Below are positions 27,521-38,902 of a DNA stretch of 64,000 nucleotides, in pieces. The notes beneath the pieces are model-generated. The model worked only from the letters and a program-made list of their open reading frames with translations. It searched no databases and had not been told where the DNA came from. A program made the position numbers and the translations under genes. Source of the stretch: Iphione sp. A-MEVVRFRX5 (Eukaryota); contig OZ320319.1 in assembly GCA_976226885.1 (NCBI GenBank), positions 36,828,001 through 36,892,000 on the forward strand, written 5' to 3'. Within the stretch, counting starts at the first letter, position 1. Every line of letters begins with the position of its first letter.

Positions 27521-30500
27521 CGTCGCTGGAAGGTCCTAATCCTCCGTTACTGAAGCACCTCTGGGCCAAAGAGTCCTGTTAAGTTAGACCGGTGTCTCTT
27601 TTCCTCAAACGGTTTCTGTCGTCCTCCTGGATACCTAGTGTCCTTGCAAGGTAGCTTATGCTATCGTATGTACAGGAAGCATTCACAGTAACGCTAGAGA
27701 ACTGTCGCAGGGAAGGAAGGCCGTTTTGACGTGGCAAGCCTACTGATTCAGCTCACAACGTAGTATCACCGGTAAAAGCTCTACATGTATACTATGCTGC
27801 CCGGTAGTAATGAGATTGGATCAGGGGTAGTTCGCGTGACGCACCATAGAACGGGTCGCCACATTATGAGTATACATTGACAGCAACACCAACACATGCA
27901 TTACAGGTCATTCATTTCTCATTGATAAGCATTTCACCCGTAGCAGCTCTTTAGGTGCCGCCCATAGATGCCTCTATCAAGTGCTCAATTTCAAGTGAGG
28001 TGAATAGTTAATGCACATGGACATTTCAAATTACAGTAATTGTTAGTGTAGATTGGTGGTTGGAGGTGCACCCTCTTCCATTCTGGCATTCTGCCGGTGT
28101 CCCTCAGTTCATCACTGGTTCGGCCGGTGCAGTGACGAGGAGTTAATGTGGCACGACCACTGCAGGCACAAATGAATGTGACCTTTTCTGAAGAACCAAC
28201 ATGGGAAGGACCCTACAGAAGTGTCGCATAGGTGCAGTCTAGCCTTCTGATGTAGCACTGTGCGATGCGCAGCTTTGTTTTTCTAAAAGTTTTGCTATAT
28301 TGTCCACCTTGTTGCATTTTAGAACTTCATAGGTGATACGTACAATGTAGATCGTATGTATAATGCTTTATCAGGTTAATTTATACCCATATGCTATAGC
28401 GGCCTATGGAATGTTAAATTGCCCCAAAATTGACAAAGCAACATCGCAGAAAAGGTTAAAAAAAGTACTTATATAAAGATGTGATTAGTTGTAGACTAAA
28501 TGTAAAACATTTCTGAGACTGGCTGTGAGATTATGTATATTACATACATGTATATAACATGCATTGACTCTTTGTTTGTTCATGAAGGACGAGCGACTGC
28601 TAGCCTCCAGCTTTCGACTGTGTGCATCCTCTCGGAAAACAAGAGATATTTCTATTGCTCTCGCTAGCAGGAATTTTTTTTCATGTCTATTAGTCCCGCC
28701 TGGATGATGCAGGTCTCATCATGATCATGAAGTAAGGGACACGGTCCGTACGTGACCTATCCGTGGAGAAGCAAGCTCAGGCAACACTCCACGAGTTACT
28801 CGTGGAGGTCACGTAGCCTCATCAAAAGAAGGGAAATAGAGCATAACCTCAGGCTCCCGGAGATGGGGCCGATGACCCGCCAGACTCATCAATCAACAAA
28901 AAAAAGGCGAACACTCCTCTTTACACAAAGCTAGCCATCTAGAACCTGCTGGCATGGCTGATTTGATGATGTAGGCCCATCAATAGGCATTGTAATATAT
29001 TGTCAGGCGTGTGCTACATATAAACGGCTTAAACATTGGCATAAAGTGCAGCTATCCACATAAACCACTCATGTTCAGTCTAACAACCGCTCCCTTGATG
29101 GATTTTCGGTTCTGTTTTAACTGTCTTAATTTTTCCCATGTTCAATGGCTCATTAAATGGCACGTATTAAGCAGGCAGTTTGACACAATGAATGGCTACT
29201 ACTTCTGATAGCCCACTGTGAAAATTACGAGTTTTAACGCTCAGAACTTTGTCCTACGGTTGTCTTTGGTGTTGGTGGCTATGATAGGTTCTTGGGCTAA
29301 CCTTTCCTCAAAGATTTCAGTGTTAATCTTTTCCAAAGAGTGACATGTGGTAACAATGCCTACAAGTAAGGACATTTGCCCACATTATGATGGATAACTA
29401 TAGGGTTAAAAAAAAGATTAAGTTTATATATCGTGTTATGAAATTGAGAGGTCCCATTGGAGTGAATTACAGAAAATATTTCTTCGAGTCTCCTATATCA
29501 TAAGTTGGTCGTTTGATGTCATAGGTATTCAGATGCCTTGACTAGTGATTCCATAACGGCAGAGCATTGAAATTGTCGAAGAACCCTTTACAAAAGGTAT
29601 TTTTCCATTGCTGTATCGCAAGTGTTCATCGTTTAACTTTGCAAGTTACTATTGGACTCGTAAGTCAAGTGGGAAATCATACTCTCCTGGAGTTTTTTCC
29701 TTCCATTAAATCCACATAGTACCTTATCTAATGTTTCACTTAAAGTGAATTGGAATTCAGCCTTTCTTTCTAAAATCATCCCACTAGGTCTTTTTATTCG
29801 ATCGAAAATGAGTCATTCCAAGCGCTTGCCAACCTTTTAGGTGATATTCAACACCCCCCTGACTGTGGACGTCTTGATCATGCCTTACACCCACGCAAAG
29901 ATCAATGTCAAAGTGACTGCGGATTAAATCTGTCGATGTCGCCGTCTCTCCTAATGCCTGTAATTTGGCACGTAGCCCGTGCATGACTCTCAATTTCGTA
30001 ACTTAGCGAACGTATCAGGCGGACAATTTACCTCTAAATCAGAATTCCTGTGGAGAACATCTTTTGAAGAGATAAAACAGGGACGTTTGGACGTACGATC
30101 CCTACCTATCCAGTGTGTGAATGAGCCTTCAAGTGGTCTATAATTATTCCTTCTTTTTCCTTGATGCTACACTGAGCACAACGCTTTTACTCTCTACAAG
30201 TTCAGGCGGAAGAGCATAAATAAAGACAAACATCTTGTGCTGCTGCACTATACACGCAAGCAAGTCAGGCGTGAGGTGGGACAGAAGGCGATGGTACTCG
30301 CCGCTATACTGGTAATAAGCGTTGTTTTCTTTCCTTATAGTCCATTGCCTCCCTGTGCTCAGTTATAATGTACCACAGGTGCATCCTTCACACGAACGCC
30401 ACGACCGTCTTTGCTTGTGTGGTTTTTTTTAATGAGAGTAGAGCAGACGTGAATCCGAAACGGTCGATTGCCATCTCCGTGGCATTGAGAGAGAGCCAGT

Positions 30501-33268
30501 ATCTGACTCGTGTCCAGTGGCTATAATTAAAGACACGCGGGCCAGCACATACAGACACACTGACAACTCGACACGGCTGCATTCAAGCCCACACCCCTGC
30601 CCAGAGGGCTGGTTGACAGAGATGTACTGCTCCCTTGAAGTACACCTCCCCATTCTGCATCAAATGGAGAGACTCTTGACCTCTTGAATGTTGGCGAGCA
30701 AACCAGCTGGGACAGGAAAGGCCTTGGGGGGAAAGGCGGCAGTCCCAGACAGCGCGTGCCTATTACGTTGGGGCATGAAGGTAAATTCTGCCATCATTAG
30801 TCTCTTGTCATGCAGCAAGATAGATCTTCATAGGGGGCAGTCCCAAGATGGCTAGACTGGTCCCTTGCCCACCACATGTAAGTCAACCATTCAACTTTGT
30901 TTATTATATAGGAGCTGCTTGCATTTGCTTTGATCTATGTGTACTGGAGTTGGACGAGATGAGAATCAATGCTTCAAAGGGGTCATTACTTCCGACTTGT
31001 AAATCATGAATTTTTGTTATGGTTCAAAAACCAGTTTTATCGTTTGTCTTGAACAGACGAGCATCGCGAAATTATGAATACACCTCTTTGTTATAATTGT
31101 CTACAATAATACACCAGGTGTCTATTATCCTAGAAATGGACGTAGTCTAACAATGCCCTGCATCGTTTGATGTGTGATTTGCACACTTTTAATTTCACAA
31201 GAATTTATTTCGAAAGTTCGAATAAGAAAACTGTGTGGTTCCATGAACAGATCTGCAGAGGAGGAGTACCCTCAGTGAAATCTGTACACACGTATGGAAG
31301 TATTTATAATACTCAGCCTATAATTTCGTGATCAATACTCAGTCGCAAAGATATTGCCAGCATCGGCTTGCGCCACTCTCTTTCAAGCATGCAATAGGTA
31401 TGTATTAGTTAATAAACTGGCGCTAAGCAGCAACCGATCCTAATGCTGGTATATGTATGTAATATCGAAGAAGCATTTGATGATTTACTACCAAGAAACA
31501 AGATATCGCTAATTTTTCGTCAGTACTGTAATGAAAATGACCTGCTTAAAATTTATAGTAAGTCCCACGTTCCCGGTCAAGAGAAATACTAAAAGTTTTG
31601 AACTAAGTCTGACGTATGGAAGTCAGCAGGTCGGACCATTTTAAAGAAAAGTCTTTTAATTGGTACGTTACTTAGTCCTCAGATATGTTGTTATTGAATG
31701 TTATCGGAATTTTAAGCAAAGACAACAACGAAAATATCCATTATTTTACTGTGTCTTGAGGCAACATCCCTGGTTTCTTGACGTGCTACAGGCTCTTGAC
31801 GTGAGACAACATGGCCCATATATTATGGCCAGTATTTAATGATTCAAGCCTTGGTATAATCATATATTTGTTTTCCAGGTATAGCGATTATTTGCATTTT
31901 ACCACTAAGATACAATATCCTGTCCTCAATACAGGAAGATCGCCAATCAAGTATTGCATGGCTTAGGTTGGGTTATTGTTATCGTTTTAGATGACAGTAT
32001 TTGGACAGCTTGACGTGAAGGAAAGCAAACAAATAACCCCATAACGAAATTTTATGTGTAAGAGAGGATGAAGGGGTTGGTGGTACTTTGCTTCGTTTCT
32101 GACACCCCTGCGCATGCGTGCAATGTGGATGAGGACCCGCTTCTTGCCTGTTGGTAGGGCAGGGCCGTGATCAGGCAGAAGCGAGATAACACCGTCTCCG
32201 AGGTTCAAGGAGCGAGATGGACCTGTGGAGGTTTTTTTTTAGTTTCATTAAATAGGCGAACGCCTGCTGTTGACAGATAAGCCGGGGGCCAGTGGAGGGT
32301 GGCAACATCTGCAGCCGGCCTGCCATCTATTTCACGTCCCACTGCCTCCTGAAAGATCGCGTGACGTACCCGCAGCGTTGACAGGATCAAGCCGGGGTCT
32401 TTTATGTCTTACACTCTTTTAATACTGTCCTCGGAGCCACCCGGGCGGTAAGAAGAACCATCTCAGCCATTACCGGAGCCGTGGCAGGGCCACGTTAATA
32501 GATATTCCATCCCTGGTGGATCGCTGTGCCTCTACCCTAACTCCTGGGGTGACCCCCAATCAATGGGGATGGGAGGAGGAGGAGAATTCACATGGAACTA
32601 ATTGTTTGATATATCGTTAGTGGCGTACATCTTTACACGTAAGCACTTTTTGTAATTAGGAACCATATCGATAAGATGCAGCAGATGACCTCCTCTTTAT
32701 AATTTCTACTGCTTGCCTCGGAAGCTCAAACTCACAGTTTTTAGGAGTGGGGTATCAGTTGCCATCGGCCTCGTCCTTTGTCGCAGAATGGATTCCTTGT
32801 TCACAATCATGCCATGGACCAAAGCAAAAAAGGTCCTAGTTGTCCTAAGCCATGACAAGCCTCTTGCCTTCATATGTTATATACATGATGCATGGCGAGC
32901 TGCGGGAAGGTGCTCATTGTGTGTGGAAGGGAGAGAGCTACGGCCCTATACCTGTCACGAGTTGCTCATGTAGATGGCAAGGCCGGTGTAGCATGGACAG
33001 GTAATAAGGGCGTCTATATTTAGAAATTATGCACATATTTGCTCTTGTCAGGAAAGCTCTGTCTTGCCGTGACAGTCTGCCGTTACATTACATGTACGTG
33101 TTGCGTGTTACAGCCGTAACCTGTCGCGAGATAAACCAACTGATCTCATCATTGGTGTTCGAATTTGACCCATTCATCAAGAGATCTTGCTGTTCAAGTT
33201 ATAATTATCATGTGACCACTGCTTTGTTTATCGGTGTTTAAATTTTGCTTTCTCTTCTGTATTTGCAG

Positions 33269-33384
33269 AGGGGTTCATGGGAGAAAAATGGAAGCGAGTC
33301 TACTGTCGTCTGTACAAGGACTCCTCGTTTTTCTGGTTCAAGAATCCCGACGACCCCACGTCGAAAGGAAACGTTATGCTCAAG
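33269..33384 (+). CDS. PH-domain exon (beta2-beta4): xGFMGEKWKRVYCRLYKDSSFFWFKNPDDPTSKGNVMLK
   Basis: Context ctcttctgtatttgcag|AG...AAG|gtgagt, 116 nt, phase 1 to 0. Carries the PH signature WKRxYxxL...L/FxWF...KG. Confidence 0.92.
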
Positions 33385-36300
33385 GTGAGTTACTTTTAAT
33401 GATTCCAATTATTTTAATAACGACCAACATCTCCTTGAAAAGAGTACTCTTATTTTACTCAACTGCTATCCGATTAATGGGCTGTCGCATGTACATGTAT
33501 ACCACAATAGAAATCTATAGGCACCCTTCGGTGGGTATTTTTGGAAGTGGTACGGCGTCTTTTATTGAGTTATCGTGTGCTTTTGACGTCATTTAATTCC
33601 ACAGTTTGGAATCCAAAGATAACCGAAAAACGGGATTGGTTTGAGTTTTTTTTTCCTCGTCGTGAAGTTTTTGCCTTGGCCAAAGCCCACAAGATCGATG
33701 GGAGACGTGTCATGACAGGGCGCTTGTGTACGCTGCCGGTAGAATGACGTCAGTAATGGCGCCCATCTTATGACAGTTTTTGGTCTTTCCGGCTGTCCAC
33801 CCGCTGGATAATGAAGAAATCAAAGTGGGAGAGGCTGGAGGCCGGTTGGGTAAGGACACGGGTTCACTCATGGTTATTATCTCGTCAATCACCGGCAAGC
33901 TCTGCTAATTAATTATTGTTCTAATTAATGGTCGTCTCAAACCCGTCCCCAGGTGATAGGAGCTCGAACTGCCAGCCCCAATGCTCGTGGAAATTAACGA
34001 TTGTAGTTCGATTTTCTAGACGTAAATGTTGGGGGAGGTAGGGGGAAGACAATTTGGGAGAGTACCATTTCATGGCCAAGCGCGCTTTAAAATCCTGCCA
34101 ATTACTTTAAGGTCCGCGAATGATGTCATTAATTCAAGTGCACATCGGCCCTCAACTTGCCTGTTAATTACTTGCAAAACGCAAACAGGTCATCACGAAA
34201 GTTCGTGATTGGAAAGACCTCCGTGAGGCAGTTGCACAAATAAAAACCAGTGACATGATCCATGCGGTATTTGTGATTGGGAAGGCCTTTTCTGGCAATC
34301 ACCGCACCCTATGTTGGCACGTGTGTATTTATGTTTGCCGAGCCAACTGCTCAAACCCTGGCCTATCTTCCCTGTGGCCACATGAATAATTCAAAACATG
34401 TTACTGTGGTCACCTTATTTTCTATGTGATGCTTATAATTAACTTCGCTGTAATCAGTGATAGAATATTTGGGTGGTGCTGCTTCACTACATTATGTGTT
34501 GATTCGTACAACATAATGATTTAACGTTTGCAGTTTTGGGTCTCTGTTGTTTGAATAATATTGTTTACTGCACACGAAGAAGACATTGATTCCACTTTTG
34601 AAACGGAGCCAGTCAGGTGTAAATAAAACTGAAGTTCCACCTGAATATAAATGCACAGTATCGATGATAAACACGTTTGTAGGTATTTCCCATACTGAAT
34701 TCCATACACTCGCCATACATGTAGTGAAGTCTGTGTCACAATGTTTTTAGGAAGGGATTACTTGTTGACCCGTCACACAGCCCTTGGTAATAGCTCTAAA
34801 ACCTCAGACCGAAGGTCCCGTCACCCACCATGCCATGCTGCTTTCGGCAAGCTGCCCCATAAAGAATATTTGACCAGCCGACGTCAGCAGGTTTTAGCCC
34901 ACCCAGTAGATTCTGTCGAATTATTCGCTCGGCCGTAAACCTGGCACTTTTTGTAGAGGCATTCCTGTTGGCCGAACTAATTATACAATAGCCTGTGTCC
35001 CTTGTCAGACACTTGGCACAGCGCTTGTACTTAACTGTGGACAATGTTGATATATGGCGGGGACCAAGTAGCGACCGTCGCTTGGAATTCCGGTCCAGAG
35101 GTTCCGCCTTGTAGAAAGAGCAACATCTATCTTTGTTAACGAAATGGCTTTTCTTGGACTGGGGAAAACGCATTAATACAGTGCCACAGTTGCATCAATT
35201 TGGAGGATGTTTACTCGTCTAAGCTGTGCGCCAAGATGTTGAAACCCATCAGCCATGCTTTTCGGTAGGGTAAAAAAAATGAGGTCTTCCTACCGGAGAG
35301 GGTCAAGCCTCACAAGCCGAACAGGGAATCTAACGTAATCCGGAGCACGCATTTGTCAGGCTTGAAGGGATTAGTTTCTTTTTTTTTTCATTGACTCTTG
35401 CCATAAAAACTTGCTGGACAGAGCAGTTGGCAGCCTAGGTTGTCTAGAAGTTCACTGCCGAGCCATATATATTTCGTCGAGATTTAATCAACTTCAGTTT
35501 GCTATCATTGTGGAAGATGGCCGGTGTCCAGGCTAAAATTATTTTAGATCAGCCGGACGGACTTCGGCTAGAATGGATACCAACGCACGATAAGACCTAA
35601 ATCGATACGACCTACCCGGGTAATGAGCTTCATACTGGATGATAATATAGACAGTGGAGAGGCCAGGGAATTATGCTATCATCTCTCACTCAGTGATATT
35701 TCGAATAAACTATTGATTTAATGCTTTTCCCTATTCCTTTACCATTAAAAAAAACAAGTGAAACGGAGCAGGCGGGCCAGCCCTGGTGGAAAAGGGTTAT
35801 CGGGAGATATTGCCTTCATAAACTGCCTTGTCTTATACAGCCCAGTTCATCTTTGCGTGTCGCTGCCGCCTTTGTGGGTTTCTTCCGCTGAACTCAGCAG
35901 TTGGCCTCTACCTGCCAGCCGCCGTCGAACACCGTACATGCCTGCCATTGATCTGGCCGGGGCCTTAGCCATTGAAGACTGAGCTCAGCCAATATTGCAG
36001 TGTCCCTCGCGCCTTGGCGCCTTGTTCGGCCTTTCGTGGAAATGGCTTGTTATTCACCGGAGGTTTCTGAGGTTCCCCCACCCCTCCACCCAGCTAGCAC
36101 CCCCGCTAGCCGAAGGTCTGCGCTACCATAGAAAGCCAACACTCTTCTCCCCTTCGGCCCGAGCCCAGTGCCGGCTGCCCGGCCGAGTAGGCGTCTTTGA
36201 GAGTCGGTCTTTTCCGTGTCCATTGGCTCAATCACACGCCTCTGTGGTCAATATGACGCCACGCCTTGCGCCTAAGCAACAGTCCAGGGTTGAATGCCGT

Positions 36301-37278
36301 AAAGGAGAAAGTGGAGACAGTGGCAAGTGCTAGAGCACTGAGTGTGGGAGAACTTGTCGTGGGCACGAAGACGCATGTACGCAGCACTTGCAAGCCAGAT
36401 ACAGGCTATGCTAATCACCTGCGTGACAGTCTTAAGGCTGATCTCATTTTTAGGGGAACTTCGACTCCATTTTCCCTTTCACTTGCGTTATTGCTCCATT
36501 TTCAAAAAGAACCAACGTTCTGATTTTATTTAAAACATAAGAAATGTTTTGATATGTCTTGTGTGTTGACATTGTGTCTGAGGTTACAAGAGCAGCTATC
36601 CTTCACCATATTTTTCTTTCCTACGCTTCATGGTGTGATGCTAGGTACGTAATGTAGAAGTATAAAGGTAATTTGTCTTTGTTATACTCATTATTTGATT
36701 TCCCACGTACAATGTATACCCCTTTACAAGATTCAAAGGGGTTTCAATCTCAGTTGGTAGAACGTTTAATCATTGTTTGCGTTCGTTATCCCCGTCAAAA
36801 ACTTCCCTGGAGTAAACTTTGCCTGCTGCATTTCATTTGCAGTGATTCATATCATATATCTGACGGTATAGCATACAGCGTATGCTAAAAAGTTCCTTCT
36901 GCGATTAATTAATTACATAGGACACCAGCCAGACCTCTGACACACATTCCCACAGTTTGCCATCGCTTCATCACTGAGCACCTGACGGGGGGGGGGGGCG
37001 CTGTCTCCCCGGGGTTTGACCCCCTCCCCCGCCCCAAATGGCCTTTTGTCAAGCGTGACTTCCTGCTCGGCTGCTAACCGACCCGGAAGGTGCCACAGGC
37101 TGGAGACATCCATCATCTTAGTAAACCAAATTGCGCAATCAGGAGGCGCCAGACTGTGACCGGTCGGGCGTGAAGGAGGCGTGAGGAGCGGCGCAGTCAC
37201 AGCCCAGCCTGCCGCGGGCCCATTTGGCGCCTTTGGCCCCTGAATAGGATCTTCCGCATAATTTAGCTTCTCCCACAG

Positions 37279-37367
37279 GATATATGCCAACGCTATGCAA
37301 GCTGGGCCGGGTGGGCGCGTTGCTTCCCTTGGCCGCGAGCAGCTCAAGTGTGGCGGCCGAGTCCTTG
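37279..37367 (+). CDS. Candidate mutually exclusive (or pseudo) PH exon: DICQRYASWAGWARCFPWPRAAQVWRPSP
   Basis: Context tttagcttctcccacag|G...TTG|gtgagt, 89 nt, phase 0 to 2 (same as 44989-45152), open. DIC...WARCFP aligns with TIC...YVRAIP. Confidence 0.4.
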
Positions 37368-38173
37368 GTGAGTTATCCGCGAGATGGAGAGGAGGCGGCA
37401 TTGCAGCAGTCGTCCGTAAACACCCAGTCATTGTGCCGATATTTACCTCTCGGAGGCGCCTTATTGTGTTAACGTAGGTTGCAGATTGTATTTGATACAA
37501 TGAAATCGATCGGTCTAGAATCATTACGAAGGAACGGGATTAATATTGCGTTACGTAATGCCTCTGCCAAGAGGATGAGAATTTTATATCAGGTTTAAGA
37601 CCATCTCTGATTGCTGGGTCGTACCTAGTGATCAACTTGTCTCATCGGCTCAGACGCGTTCAGTCTGGTTTAATAGCTTCCAACTCCAACACAAATCCCT
37701 GTTTAAACACGGACTAAACAACCAATCACTGAGCCAGACGTATTATATTTAGTGGGGATAACCACCGCCTACAGAACCAATTAAATCCATGATGTACCTC
37801 GCTAGCTGAACGGAGATCGTTTTATGTGACTGCGTTCAGATATCGACTGCTTTGGCATCCGGAGTCTTATTTGTTCCACGACTTAAACGGGGAGCTTTCT
37901 TTCTAATTGATCTATCTCCTTGATATCTTAGGAGATTGGCCTGAACGTTTCTTAGTGAAAAATATCATTGGGTGATTTTGTAAAGGATTCTTGAAATACA
38001 TGTATTATCAAGAGGTCACTGTGTCGTGTGTATGCGTATAGATTGACTCAATCCACCTTTTCCTCGTTGTAAAAATCTAGGTAATGTCAATGAAATTCGT
38101 TTGGAATGTGCGGATATCAATACTTAATTGAATCCCCAACCCTACCCCTTACGATAAATATTGGTAATGTACC

Positions 38174-38175
<2 letters not shown>

Positions 38176-38223
<48 letters not shown>

Positions 38224-38242
38224 TGTGTGTGTGTGTGTGTGT
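38176..38242. repeat. (TG)n microsatellite
   Basis: About 33 TG units with one GA interruption at 38221. Confidence 0.98.
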
Positions 38243-38863
38243 CTCATCCCTCATTCCAAATCTTCGGTTCCCCGCTACATCGAAAGGGGCCATAGGAACA
38301 CTGTGGTTTGCCTGTCCGACCCTCTGTCATAACTTTGTGGGTGTACCTCCTACCGAACCATAGGGTCAAATGAAATGAGCGTCTCTATATTGGAGCTTGG
38401 TACTGGCGTATTTTAGTGTAATGTAAAGCATTAAAAATAACAGTGAGGGGAAAGCATTTAGTTTGAAGAGCCCCCCACCATGATCTTGTGGGTCTATCTA
38501 CTCTCAAACTATAAGGTAATTATTTTGTAATATACTATTCTATATGCAGGCTTACAACTGGCTTATTTTGGTATCATTTCAGATATTTCAAGTAACAAAG
38601 GCAGATGAAAACTTAAAGTTATAGGAGAGAATATGAAGTTGTACATATTGTCAATTTGCTTAATCAAACCGGAACAATTACGTCCACTCGATCGACCAGC
38701 TGCCGGGGGGGGGGCACAGACCTTACAGCTTACCTTTTTCGTTACTCCTGTTTTTGTCTTTTAAAAAACTAACTGAGCTGCAAGTTTACTGCAAATTTAC
38801 CTGTAATTTCGTCATCATATTATAGTTATGAAGGTGGACTGTACGCGTAGCATAGTTGATCAT

Positions 38864-38902
38864 ATCTAACAGTGCTGTCCTCTCTTGTTCTTTCAGGTGA
38901 GT
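38864..38902 (+). other. Recursive-splice (ratchet point) motif: branch point, polypyrimidine tract and CAG|GTGAGT
   Basis: atctaac (38864-38870)...gtcctctcttgttctttcag|gtgagt, junction at 38896/38897, sense to the PH gene, near the middle of the 33385-44988 intron. Confidence 0.5.

Noticed and set aside
27482-27650. In-frame TGA (27551) in a first-exon candidate as selenocysteine
   Set aside because: No SECIS was identified, the peptide is not convincingly PH beta1, and PH proteins are not known selenoproteins.
34492-34830. Kinase-like ghosts on the minus strand (VGDGTFG, TGQQV, NRDPKLQTL)
   Set aside because: They need frameshifts, the spacing is about 20 aa too short, and there is no VAIK, DFG or APE motif.
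36913-37524. 203-aa minus-strand ORF
   Set aside because: GC-rich composition suppresses stops, there is no domain signature, and it is antisense to the PH gene intron.
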